This document shows, in pieces, positions 1 through 8,455 of a stretch of 64,000 bases of DNA; the stretch's first letter is position 1; every line of letters starts with the position of its first letter. Below the pieces are notes generated by a model. It had not been told where the DNA came from. It ran no database searches and saw only the letters and a list, made by a program, of their open reading frames with translations. A program made the position numbers and the translations under genes. Origin of the DNA: an uncultured delta proteobacterium (GTDB lineage: Bacteria; Desulfobacterota; Binatia; UBA9968); contig CAVUVW010000013.1 of assembly GCA_963745035.1 (NCBI GenBank), positions 1,792,001 to 1,856,000 on the forward strand, read 5' to 3'.

Positions 1-996
1 GTGAGCAGCTTCGACAGTTGATTCCGGCGCGCGGCGATCACGGCCAGCGATTTTCTCACATCTTCCGACTCGTGGGCGCGCACGCCGATCATCTTGATGC
101 CGCGGCTGGCGAGCTTGTCCATGACGAAGGGAATTTTCTTTTTGGGCGTGCGCCCGCCGAGCACCACCGTGCCGCCGCGCCGGACCAGATCGACCGCGGC
201 CGCCTGGGCGGCCGTGCTGCCGGTGACATCGACGACCACGTCGGCCATCTCCGGACCGAGGATTTTCTTGACCTGATCGGCCAGCGGCTCGCGGTCGGAA
301 AAGATCGTGTGCGTCGCGCCCAGCGCCGTGGCCACTTCCAAACGCTTGGCGTCGCGCTCCAGGCCGGCGACGATAATGGGATTGGCTCCGGTCATGGAAC
401 TCGCCAGCACGCAACCCAACCCCTGCTGGCCCGGCCCCAGGATGACGATGGCATCGCCCAGACTGAGCGCGGGAATGCGCTGGGCCCACTTGACGCCGTT
501 GGCGATCGGACTGAACAGCACCGCTTCGTGTTCGGAGATTCCGGCGGGCACGACGTGCAGGATCGCGTCGGGATGGAGATACATGTACTGGGAGTAGCCG
601 CCCCACAAATACGGCGGCTCCTTCATGCTGGCGCTCATGCCGTAGCTGCGCTTGGTCGAGCAGAGCGAAGAGTTGCCGGTGGTGCAGTAGCGGCAGCGGT
701 GGCAGGTGATCGCCGACTCGACGATGACCAGATCACCCTCCTTCACGTTCCAATGCCTGGCGGCTTGCGGCGCTGATGTCGTTGATGCGCCCGACCACCT
801 CGTGGCCGAGGATCTGCGGCGGCGACTGGTACGGCCAGTGGTGCCCCTCGGTATAATAGTGATAGTCGCTGCCGCAAATGCCGCACAGCTCGACCTTCAG
901 GATCGCGTCCGCCTCGGCCGGCTTGGGCACGGCGAAATGGCGCATCTCGATCTTGCGTCTGTCGGTCACGACCGCGGTCAGGGATTGCTCTGCCAT
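1..996 (-). CDS. Zinc-dependent alcohol dehydrogenase (MDR family); one-base frameshift near 765; runs off the window start
   Basis: CGICGSD and GHE motifs in ORF 733..996. After removing one A the frame continues with CHRCRYC...C and GPGQQG nucleotide-binding motif. Confidence 0.85.
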
Positions 997-1194
997 GAAG
1001 TGCTCCGTTCAACGTGAGTGGGGCTTTAAAGAATAGCGGTTCGGCAAGGTGCGAAGATTACCGAGCGACTCGGCCCGGCTTCATCCATATCGCGGCGCGC
1101 CCAAGCGATGCAAGGATGCCTGCCCTGCTGCGACGGCTCGCAGAGAGCGGTGTTGCCGCTAATGAGACCAACTCTCCTCAACGTCTCTGAAGCG

Positions 1195-1325
1195 AAACCC
1201 GTTCAAATCGTTCAAGCCGTTCAAGCGTAGACTTGTTCAACGGTTCAATTGTTCAAAAGTTCAACGTCAGATTCTCGGAGGGGGAACTTCCACGTTTCGA
1301 GAATTCTCGAAACGTCGAAATGTGA
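1195..1325. repeat. GTTCAA tandem array followed by a 24-bp perfect palindrome (1292-1315)
   Basis: Repeated GTTCAA units 1201-1265; ACGTTTCGAGAATTCTCGAAACGT is self-complementary. Related copies near 4600, 4946, 8456 and 9290. Confidence 0.85.
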
Positions 1326-1380
1326 AGTCAGGTATGAGGCATTAGCCAATAGGCAACAGTAAAACGCGGAGCGGTCAAAA

Positions 1381-1701
1381 TTATTCTACGCGCAACAATT
1401 GGCCCGGCCTGGCCTTGGGAATCGTGGCGAGCAAATTTGGAACTAGTGGAAGAATATCTTCGAGAGCATTGCTCGGCGCGATAAGCAGGATGATGCCGAG
1501 CCGAGACTGGGAGAGGTTTTGCTGAAATTGGAGGTTGCGATCCGCGGTCACCAGAACTTCAAAGCCTGCGTCAGCAGCCACACGAAGCAGCTCGCCATTC
1601 TTGAATCCAGCCCATCCGCGCTGCTGGACGGTGCTTACGTTGTGACCGCCGATTTCTCCGGCAAGATGACGCGGCAATTGCTCATCGAGTAGCACGCGCA
1701 T
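1381..1701 (-). CDS. DUF5615 PIN-like toxin (VapC45-like)
   Basis: MRVLLDEQLP...NGELL...LVTADRNL motifs; overlaps the upstream DUF433 gene. Confidence 0.85.
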   Translation of the reverse strand: MRVLLDEQLPRHLAGEIGGHNVSTVQQRGWAGFKNGELLRVAADAGFEVLVTADRNLQFQQNLSQSRLGIILLIAPSNALEDILPLVPNLLATIPKARPGQLLRVE

Positions 1702-1909
1702 CGGCCGTCAAAACCTCGTGAGCGTTCTCAAGAACCCTAATCGCTTGTTCCTTCGACACCGATGGAAACGCGTCGAGAAACTCATCGATGTCATGGCCAC
1801 GCTCGAGATAGTCGAAAAGGTTACGCAGCGGTACTCGCGTACCGATGAAAACGGGAGTTCCACCCAATATCTCCGGGTCGCTATGCACGACCGAAGGACG
1901 GTTGGTCAT
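1682..1909 (-). CDS. DUF433 antitoxin
   Basis: DPEILGGTPVFIGTRVP...FPSV motif. Confidence 0.88.
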   Translation of the reverse strand: MTNRPSVVHSDPEILGGTPVFIGTRVPLRNLFDYLERGHDIDEFLDAFPSVSKEQAIRVLENAHEVLTADARATR

Positions 1910-2015
1910 GAACACCTCCTCTCCAAAAATACGTCCCTGCCGGTGCGTTTAATATATCCTAGGCTGAATGGCCGTCCAAATGGGGGAAAGGGGCCGTAGT
2001 CATTTCGGAAACTGC

Positions 2016-2104
2016 CGTGAGAGCGTAATCGTGGTCCGACAAAGAACGTGATCGTGGTCGGGAAAATGCCGTGTTCGTGTTCGAGCAACTACCGTGATCG
2101 TGGG
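2016..2104. repeat. CGTGAT/CGTGTT/CGTGGT hexamer array, downstream arm of four-helix-bundle gene 1
   Basis: cgtaatcgtggtc, cgtgatcgtggtcg, cgtgttcgtgttcg, cgtgatcgtg read directly. Confidence 0.75.
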
Positions 2105-2457
2105 TTACTTCCTAGCGAACTGGGAGAGACGAGAAAGCATTTGAATGACGCGATCGTAGCCGCTCCTTAATTCTTGATAGGTTTCGTTAGAGGTGTAGTT
2201 TAGATCACGAGCCAGAAGGAGCTGGTAGCAGACCTCCCCTGCCGATCCGCGGGCTATGCCGACGAACTGGCGGTATTCCTTTGTGCCGAGCCTCATGGCG
2301 CCCTCCATCAGGTTCATACCCACAGACCGGCAGCTCGTCTGGTTTGATCCCCCAAACTGAACAATTCTTCTTTTGGAAATGCTTTGGTGGCCGCGTATGT
2401 TTTCAACGCTAATTGGTGGGCGAGTTTAAATACGTCGAGATCCTCTACGTTGTTCAT
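2105..2457 (-). CDS. Four-helix-bundle protein (23S rRNA IVP / bAvd-like), copy 1; one-base frameshift near 2327
   Basis: MNNVEDLDVFKLAHQLAL..FPKEELFSLGDQTRRAA joined to SVGMNLMEG..ARGSAGEVCYQLLLARDLNY across ORFs 2314..2529 and 2105..2323. Confidence 0.88.
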
Positions 2458-2475
2458 CCTGTCCCTCCGAGAAGC

Positions 2476-2630
2476 GACGATCACGAAACATGACCACGTT
2501 CTCCTCATGCCCTCCTCGAGGACGAGCACGTATCACGAACACGTTTCTCACGGCTACTCCCCCGTCTCTGGCGGGATCGGCGTCCGACAAACAACGTGAT
2601 CGGTTCGTGATCCGTGGTCGTGATCGTATG
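2476..2630. repeat. CACGAT/CACGAA array (inverse of 2016-2104) followed by a second CGTGAT array
   Basis: cgacgatcacgaaac, gacgagcacgtatcacgaacacg at 2476-2552; cgtgatcggttcgtgatccgtggtcgtgatcg at 2595-2630. Confidence 0.75.
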
Positions 2631-2719
2631 CGGAAAAGAACCCGTGGACGGCGTTATCGATATTGAGCGGGCTCTTGAACCGACGGGGTTGCGACCGCCG
2701 GCGCCCATCATGGCGCTCG

Positions 2720-3400
2720 TCAAGGTTGCGTGAAAGCGGTCGGTCCGATGAACGACTCGGCGCTGGAGCGCGTATCGTCCGAATCGATCGCAAGCGAGAG
2801 AGCGCTAGGTTTGTCCGGCGCCTCGCCATAGATCTTACGGAAGTCTTCGACGACATTGCGGCGCTCGGTGATCCATTTGCCGAGTTCGCCGGAGCCCGAG
2901 CGCAGGACGACATAAGTCACCGTGGAGGTCTTCTCGCTCTTGCAGATCGTGCCAGCCGGTGCCGTCGAATCCCAAACGTAGCCGATGATGCGCGAGCGCA
3001 CCGCCTCCGGGGCGCGCAGCCAGGCGACGTAAACCTGAGCGGCCTGGTCGTCGGTCGACTTCTGGCAGGCATTGCCGCCGGTGGGAAGCGTGACGACCTT
3101 CCATCTCCACTCGAGGATTGGCGTCTCTTTGAGATCGACCGAAGCTTTGAGGTCGCGACTGATTGTAGAAGTCTCACCCTTGCTCCTCAGGTGCAGGACC
3201 GGCTGACCGTTGTCCGACGCGATCTCAAGGTCGTAGGCGGGCTTTCCCCAGGTCTGCTCCTTCCAGTCGCCCGGGATGGTCCGCGTACCGAGCGGATACG
3301 AGCGCCAGTCCTCGACGACGACGCGATCGGCCGCCCAGGCGGTGGCAAGCACGGCGCAGGCGACGGCTAAAGCGGCTCGGCGCGCACGAGTCGAATTCAT
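2720..3400 (-). CDS. DUF3047 domain exported protein
   Basis: Signal peptide followed by PILEWRWKV, DDQAAQVYV, W(I)TERRNVVEDF and IDSDDT motifs. Confidence 0.8.
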   Translation of the reverse strand: MNSTRARRAALAVACAVLATAWAADRVVVEDWRSYPLGTRTIPGDWKEQTWGKPAYDLEIASDNGQPVLHLRSKGETSTISRDLKASVDLKETPILEWRWKVVTLPTGGNACQKSTDDQAAQVYVAWLRAPEAVRSRIIGYVWDSTAPAGTICKSEKTSTVTYVVLRSGSGELGKWITERRNVVEDFRKIYGEAPDKPSALSLAIDSDDTRSSAESFIGPTAFTQP

Positions 3401-3560
3401 GGCTTTGTGGCTCATCGTTCTGTCCGCTGCCCCAGACACCCAGCATTTCCTGGAGGCAAGGACGGGTCAAGGCCAGAAAAGAAAATTTCTACGTCAAGTC
3501 TTTACTGTCCAGCCTACTGCACCGGGAACGACACTTTTATAGGGCTGATTCACGCCAAAC

Positions 3561-3627
3561 CGTGATCGTGCTCGTGATGCGTGGTCGTCGACACTCTAAA
3601 GGCAAGAGGCAGAAGGATAGGGATAGA
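3561..3627. repeat. CGTGAT hexamers plus AGG(C/A)(A/T)AG-type heptamers downstream of four-helix-bundle remnant 2
   Basis: cgtgatcgtgctcgtgatgcgtggtcg, then aaaggcaagaggcagaaggatagggataga. Confidence 0.65.
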
Positions 3628-3922
3628 CTACAACTTCGGATTTTTCGATTTAGCTTTGGTGTTTCGGACGATACTGACGAATATTCCTTTCAGTTCGCCG
3701 GTCTCCTTTCTGACGGCGGCCAATTTCTCTTCCGGAAAAAATCCAGATTCGCCGAGCAATTCCAACCAGTATTCGGTCTCCTCTAATTCCTGCAAGGAGC
3801 CTTCCATCTTGCTGATGAAATCGGCGTTAGATTTGGCTCGTGACGCCTCACGATACTGCGCGCCGACAGAAGTTGTTTAACCATTGTCTTTAATCTCGTT
3901 GAATCCATCATTCGGGCGATTC
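3628..3922 (-). pseudogene. Four-helix-bundle protein remnant, copy 2 (different subfamily), 5'-truncated with an internal deletion
   Basis: Not called in the ORF track. Minus strand reads VKQLL, then in another frame TSVGAQYREASRAKSNADFISKMEGSLQELEETEYWLELL...KSKNPKL*. Confidence 0.82.
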
Positions 3923-4483
3923 TCACGCTTTTCCGTTCTTGGGGATGAACTTCAGCGCGACGCCATTGTTGCACCAGCGTTTTCCGGTTGGCTGAGGCCC
4001 GTCATCGAAAATGTGGCCATGGTGGCCGGCGCAACGGGCGCAGTGATACTCGGTGCGCGGCAGGACGAGCTTGAAATCCGTGCTGGTGCCGAATACTCCC
4101 GGAATGGTCGTGAAAAAGCTCGGCCAACCTGTGCCGCTCTCGTATTTCATAGCAGAAGTAAACAGCGGCAAATCACAACCGGCGCATGCGAATACACCGG
4201 GGCGCTTCTCGTTGTTTAGCGGGCTGGAGCCGGGGCGTTCGGTCCCCTCTTCGCGCAGGATGTTGAACTGCGCGGCGCCTAAACGCTTGCGCCATTCCTC
4301 CTTCGATAGCTTTAGAGGCTCGTTGGGCAGTGGCACTTTGATGCCGTCGGCCAGCAGCGCCTTCCAGTTCTTCTGCATGTTTTCGACTTCCTTCATCGAG
4401 GGCTGCGCGGCGAAGCCGATACCTCTGAAAACATTCCACATACCTGCAGCAAGCAAACCTTGTAATATTTGCCGGCGTGTCAT
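3923..4483 (-). CDS. msrB: Peptide-methionine (R)-S-oxide reductase with Tat-like signal peptide
   Basis: GTERP, CAGC, KYESGTGWPSF, HHGHIFDDGP, RWCNNG motifs; N-terminus MTRRQIL. Confidence 0.95.
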   Translation of the reverse strand: MTRRQILQGLLAAGMWNVFRGIGFAAQPSMKEVENMQKNWKALLADGIKVPLPNEPLKLSKEEWRKRLGAAQFNILREEGTERPGSSPLNNEKRPGVFACAGCDLPLFTSAMKYESGTGWPSFFTTIPGVFGTSTDFKLVLPRTEYHCARCAGHHGHIFDDGPQPTGKRWCNNGVALKFIPKNGKA

Positions 4484-4601
4484 AAGCGGCCGCCTTTCAT
4501 ACAGTCCTTGGACCGGTCCGACGTGCTTTTACGTCGCAATCATATCGCTAAAAGATTTGTAGGCAAATAGTATCGATAACGGCAGACGTTGCAGAGCAAC
4601 G

Positions 4602-4740
4602 CGGTTCAAAGTTCAATTTTCAATTAATACCGAAGTCGGTTCCAAAGGTTCCAACCGTTTCAAACGTTCCAAACGTCAACCGGGTTCAAAGTTCAACGTC
4701 GCACTGGGAACTTCCACGTTTCGAGAATTCCCCTTAAGGG
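4602..4740. repeat. GTTCAA/GTTCCA array with a partial palindromic core
   Basis: Shares GGGAACTTCCACGTTTCGAGAATTC with 1282-1306. Confidence 0.8.
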
Positions 4741-4777
4741 AATAAGACGTGAGCGTGATCGTGATTCGTGACCGTGT

Positions 4778-5165
4778 CTACCGGTTAAGAGTCTGCGATA
4801 GGCGGGAGAGCATCTGAACCACCCGATCGTAACCTGCGCGGAGGTCCCGATAGAGGTCTTCGCTGATATACTGAAGATCCTTGGCCAGCAGCAGTTGATA
4901 AGAGACTTCACCGGCAGAACCTTTCGCGTAGAACTACCGCGGCCAGTTCAAACACGTTCAACCGCTGCGCTCAGTTCCAATCGTTTCAGACTCGCATCGT
5001 TGCTAACTCTGAAATTTGGCAGAATGAAGATAGAAGCCGCCGCTCGTCGCATCTGATCGACCAGGCTATAGACTTCTTCCCGGGGACATTGTTGGTAACC
5101 GAATGAATCTTCAGAGCCAGCTCGTGCGCCAATTTGAAGACATCGAGGTCTTCCACGCTCTTCAT
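4778..5165 (-). pseudogene. Four-helix-bundle protein copy 3 (paralog of copy 1), interrupted by a GTTCAA-repeat segment
   Basis: MKSVEDLDVFKLAHELALKI / PREEVYSLVDQMRRAAASI [foreign ~4928-5028] AKGSAGEVSYQLLLAKDLQYISEDLYRDLRAGYDRVVQMLSRLSQTLNR*. Flanked by CGTGA (4748-4777) and CACGA (5174-5197) arrays. Confidence 0.85.
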
Positions 5166-5207
5166 CGTCTTGCCACGAAAACACGAACACGAGCACGGTT
5201 CTTTCTT

Positions 5208-5366
5208 CTACGGCTTTTCAGCGACGACTTTGCCGTTTTTCCAAACATAGACCGGTGTTCCGTGCATGCGGGCGGTCTTTCGCGCGACCTTGGCGGCTCG
5301 CCGCAGCGCACGGCCGACAGCACGAGTCAGCGGTGAGGGCACGATTTTCTTAGATTCTGTCTTCAT
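5208..5366 (-). CDS. 52-aa basic small protein, putative partner of the zeta-like ATPase
   Basis: MKTESKKIVPSPLTRAVGRALRRAAKVARKTARMHGTPVYVWKNGKVVAEKP*; ATGA overlap with the upstream stop. Below the ORF-track cutoff. Confidence 0.7.
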   Translation of the reverse strand: MKTESKKIVPSPLTRAVGRALRRAAKVARKTARMHGTPVYVWKNGKVVAEKP

Positions 5367-5893
5367 GGTCCTTGTTCAATCACTATTGGTTTAACACCAG
5401 AGTTATCATACACGGTCCATTGATCGGCTAAAAGCCGATAATGACTCTCGAAGTTTTTCAAGCTACGCGTAAAACGCCGGAGCACATCGGCCCGCGGGAC
5501 GTCATGTCCCCCCTGTTTAACTCGCGCGGCGATACGTCGTAAAGCCAATCGTGGTGATGATATGCGCAGATAGATTACCTCAATGCGATAGCCGGTCCTT
5601 TTCCAGTGCGTGAGCCGATTGAGGTAAATTAATCCACTCAAGGTGCTCTCGAACGCAAAATCATTCTTCCCTTTGGCAAGCCGATCCAATTCACCGAGAA
5701 AAAGGCGCCCTGCCGCGAGGGCGGCAAGTTCAGGTCGCAGCGGCGAGAGTCCCCCCGCAATCAGGTCAGGATTGACGAAGTGAACGACGCCTGCTTCCTT
5801 GGTCAAAAATTCACGCGCAAAAGTCGTTTTGCCGGCGCCGTTCGGTCCGGCGATGATGATGCAGCGTGGCGACAAGCGTGTCGATTTGGCCAT
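5363..5893 (-). CDS. Zeta-toxin-like P-loop ATPase/kinase (COG4185-like)
   Basis: IIAGPNGAGKTTFA, VNPDLIA, FAFESTLSG, RVKQGGHDVP, YDNSG motifs. Confidence 0.85.
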   Translation of the reverse strand: MAKSTRLSPRCIIIAGPNGAGKTTFAREFLTKEAGVVHFVNPDLIAGGLSPLRPELAALAAGRLFLGELDRLAKGKNDFAFESTLSGLIYLNRLTHWKRTGYRIEVIYLRISSPRLALRRIAARVKQGGHDVPRADVLRRFTRSLKNFESHYRLLADQWTVYDNSGVKPIVIEQGP

Positions 5894-5912
5894 TGCAGTC
5901 GGCAGTAAGCGC

Positions 5913-6383
5913 CTACGGCTCTTCATACCCGAGGGGCCGGAGCTTGAGCTCGAATTGCCGCGGATCTCTGCTAAAGAAAATACCGGCGCGCTTTTTCGAG
6001 CCCGGCGGCAGGAATTCGATTGCCGTTTCGCTGCGCTCGACCACGTCGGCGCCGCTGCGAAGCTCCCCTTCCACGGTGACGCCCTGGGCGGTCAGGCCGC
6101 CCTCGTTGATCGCGGTAAATTGCACCAGATAGCCGTTTCGCAGCCGCACCACCGCATCCACCGACAGTTTGACGTCGGGGAGCGGATGATCGTTATTGAT
6201 CGCTGCATACAAAAAAAATCCGAGCACGCCGGCAATGATCACAAACCCGATTCCCCCGACGATCCATTCCAGGGTGGGAATGGCTTGAGCTTCACTCCGG
6301 GGAGAACCGGCCCGCGAGCCCGTCGCCGCGGTTTCGCCCCCACCCTGCCGCTGTCTTTGCTCGTGTTTTTTTCCGCGCGCCAT
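5913..6383 (-). CDS. TIGR02588-family protein
   Basis: One TM helix, INEGGLTAQGVTVEG, C-terminal GYEEP; adjacent to its usual TIGR02587 partner. Confidence 0.8.
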   Translation of the reverse strand: MARGKKHEQRQRQGGGETAATGSRAGSPRSEAQAIPTLEWIVGGIGFVIIAGVLGFFLYAAINNDHPLPDVKLSVDAVVRLRNGYLVQFTAINEGGLTAQGVTVEGELRSGADVVERSETAIEFLPPGSKKRAGIFFSRDPRQFELKLRPLGYEEP

Positions 6384-6393
6384 ATAAGCTTGG

Positions 6394-7236
6394 TTAGAGG
6401 ATCAGCCTCGCAGCGGCGGCGCCGACGGCCCCTGGAAAGCCGAGCACAACCAGAAGCGATATCACTTGACCGAATGCCAGGTCGTCGGTGCGCCCGAACG
6501 TCCAGAGAATATAGGCGCTCATCAGCAGCACGACCGCATAGCCGACGACCGTCTCGCGAAGGAAGATGCTGTGCTGGGAAATTCCCTCGGGAACCGACCT
6601 GCTTCCTTGAAACTCCACCGAATAGACAAACGCATGCATGACGAGAATCGAGACCAGCACCAGGGCGATCGAGTGCCAGGGGCTCATCTGCTGCGCGATC
6701 AACAGGATCTCTTCGGTCGGCGCGACGTTGAAAGCGAGAAAGAGCGCGCCCGCGGCCATGATGAAGATTTCACCGAAGTACCCCGCGTGACGCTGCTTTT
6801 CCTGCCGCTGTTTATCGTTCCCGCCAAGTTCGCTTTGCGCAAACATGGCGCCGATGCTGCCCGGCACCGCTTGAATCGAGAGTTTGCCGATAATCTCGCC
6901 GGCCGACATGCCGAATTCGATCACCGAAAAAAGCGTGAGGCTTATGGCGCCTGCAAAAAAACCGACGGCTAGCGCGACAAAGGCGTCCACGACATCGTCT
7001 TTCCAACCGAACGTATCCTCGAACCCCATGTAGTGAGACAGGCCGATCAGGAGCGGGATCGTCAGCAACAGGAGAAGCGCAAGCTTCCAGTTCTCCATCG
7101 TAAAGCCCAGCCACCACATCTCCATCGTCATGAGGATGGGCAGGGAGAAGATGAGCGCTCCGGCAAAAGCGCGCGCAAGCCCGACGAGAAAGACGCGAGT
7201 GGCCGCCTGCGTAGCAGCTTCGTCGGTGGAGGTCAC
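6394..7236 (-). CDS. TIGR02587 (DUF2391) integral membrane protein
   Basis: GALIFSLPILMTMEMWWLG, FNVAPTEE, GAAAARLIL motifs. Confidence 0.85.
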   Translation of the reverse strand: MTSTDEAATQAATRVFLVGLARAFAGALIFSLPILMTMEMWWLGFTMENWKLALLLLLTIPLLIGLSHYMGFEDTFGWKDDVVDAFVALAVGFFAGAISLTLFSVIEFGMSAGEIIGKLSIQAVPGSIGAMFAQSELGGNDKQRQEKQRHAGYFGEIFIMAAGALFLAFNVAPTEEILLIAQQMSPWHSIALVLVSILVMHAFVYSVEFQGSRSVPEGISQHSIFLRETVVGYAVVLLMSAYILWTFGRTDDLAFGQVISLLVVLGFPGAVGAAAARLIL

Positions 7237-7239
7237 TGC

Positions 7240-7345
7240 TAAAGGATAAAGGATAAGGGATGAAGGATAAACCGGGGAAGGTCGCTCTTCATGACAGCCT
7301 GCTTTTTATTTTATCTTATCCTTTATCCTTTCGCCTTTATCCTTT
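7240..7345. repeat. Inverted heptamer arrays (AAGGATA)n ... (TATCCTT)n with no gene inside
   Basis: Left arm 7240-7271, right arm 7309-7345. Confidence 0.8.
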
Positions 7346-8410
7346 TCATCTTGCCGGCAGCGGCGCCGCGCCTGAGAAAACTTTGAACCACTCGATCAAC
7401 TCGGGATCGCGCGGGGTGTCGCGGATAACTCTGGCCAATTCCTCCGGCGCCATGGGACTCGCTTCATCGCCGACGACCTTACGGTATTCGCGATGAAACT
7501 CGGCATCTTTGAAAGTCTTGCGCATCGCCTCGTGGACGATCTCCACTCGATCCTTCGGCGTCCCAGGGGGCAGCACGTACGGCGAGCCCGTCAGCCTCAA
7601 CGTCCGTGACAGGCCGATCAGCCTGCTTTCTTTTTCCGATTTGGCAAAGCTCTCGATCTCGGGCAGATGACCGAAACGGGCGTGCTTGAGACCTTTGGGA
7701 ACTTCCAAAATCGCGTGGAAATCCATCAGACCCTTTTCAACCCAATCGGGATTGCGCTGCCAGACCGACGTCGCGGTATTCGCCCGGCCATCGACCTCGC
7801 CGCGCAGCAGCGCCGTATCCAATTCCGGCGCGCCGTAGCCCGGGATGAACTTCGGATCCTTGAGACCGAGAAAATAGGCAAACAACCGCGATGCGATGTA
7901 GGCGCTGTGTCCCACCGGCCTGGCGCCGACTCTGACCCCGGCAGCGCCTTTGAGTTTTTCCAGACTGTTCAGACCGGCTTCCTTGCGTGTGTAAAACACC
8001 ACATGGCTGTCGCTTTCCGGCGAGCCGAGATAAATGAACTTGTCGATGTCGTACATCACTCCGCTCTCGCGCAGGAGATTCAGCCCGACGACGCTGCTGC
8101 TGAACGCCCCGATCGTGAGCCCGTCCGGACGGGCATTGCTGTACATATGATTGCCCACTTGCCGGCCACCGCCGCCGTCCATGTACGTGACGACGATCGC
8201 CGGATTTCCCGGGATGTATTTGCGCAGAAAAGGAACCATCGCTTTTACCCGGTTGTCGCCGATGCCCCCCGGCGCGGTGCCGGCGACGATCGTTATGGTC
8301 TTCCCCTGGTAAAATGGCGCCTGCGCGAACGCCTGCTCGGGTGCAATCCCGGCGCTCGTGAGTAGCCCGCCAAAAACGACGATGCCGACAAACATTTTAC
8401 GAGTATTCAT
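7346..8410 (-). CDS. Tripartite tricarboxylate transporter substrate-binding protein (TctC/Bug family)
   Basis: Signal peptide, FYQGKTITIVAG, IPGNPAIVV, PDGLTI, LPPGTPKDR. Confidence 0.88.
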   Translation of the reverse strand: MNTRKMFVGIVVFGGLLTSAGIAPEQAFAQAPFYQGKTITIVAGTAPGGIGDNRVKAMVPFLRKYIPGNPAIVVTYMDGGGGRQVGNHMYSNARPDGLTIGAFSSSVVGLNLLRESGVMYDIDKFIYLGSPESDSHVVFYTRKEAGLNSLEKLKGAAGVRVGARPVGHSAYIASRLFAYFLGLKDPKFIPGYGAPELDTALLRGEVDGRANTATSVWQRNPDWVEKGLMDFHAILEVPKGLKHARFGHLPEIESFAKSEKESRLIGLSRTLRLTGSPYVLPPGTPKDRVEIVHEAMRKTFKDAEFHREYRKVVGDEASPMAPEELARVIRDTPRDPELIEWFKVFSGAAPLPAR

Positions 8411-8455
8411 AAGACACCGTCCTATCCTTCAAGGCTCATGAATATCGCAGCCACA

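Noticed and set aside
2105-5165. Diversity-generating retroelement, suggested by the bAvd-like proteins
   Set aside because: No reverse transcriptase and no template/variable repeat pair with adenine-specific mismatches in the window.
1381-8410. Co-oriented short genes as an integron cassette array
   Set aside because: No integron integrase, and I could not find RYYYAAC...GTTRRRY attC structures; GTTCAA does not fit the core consensus.
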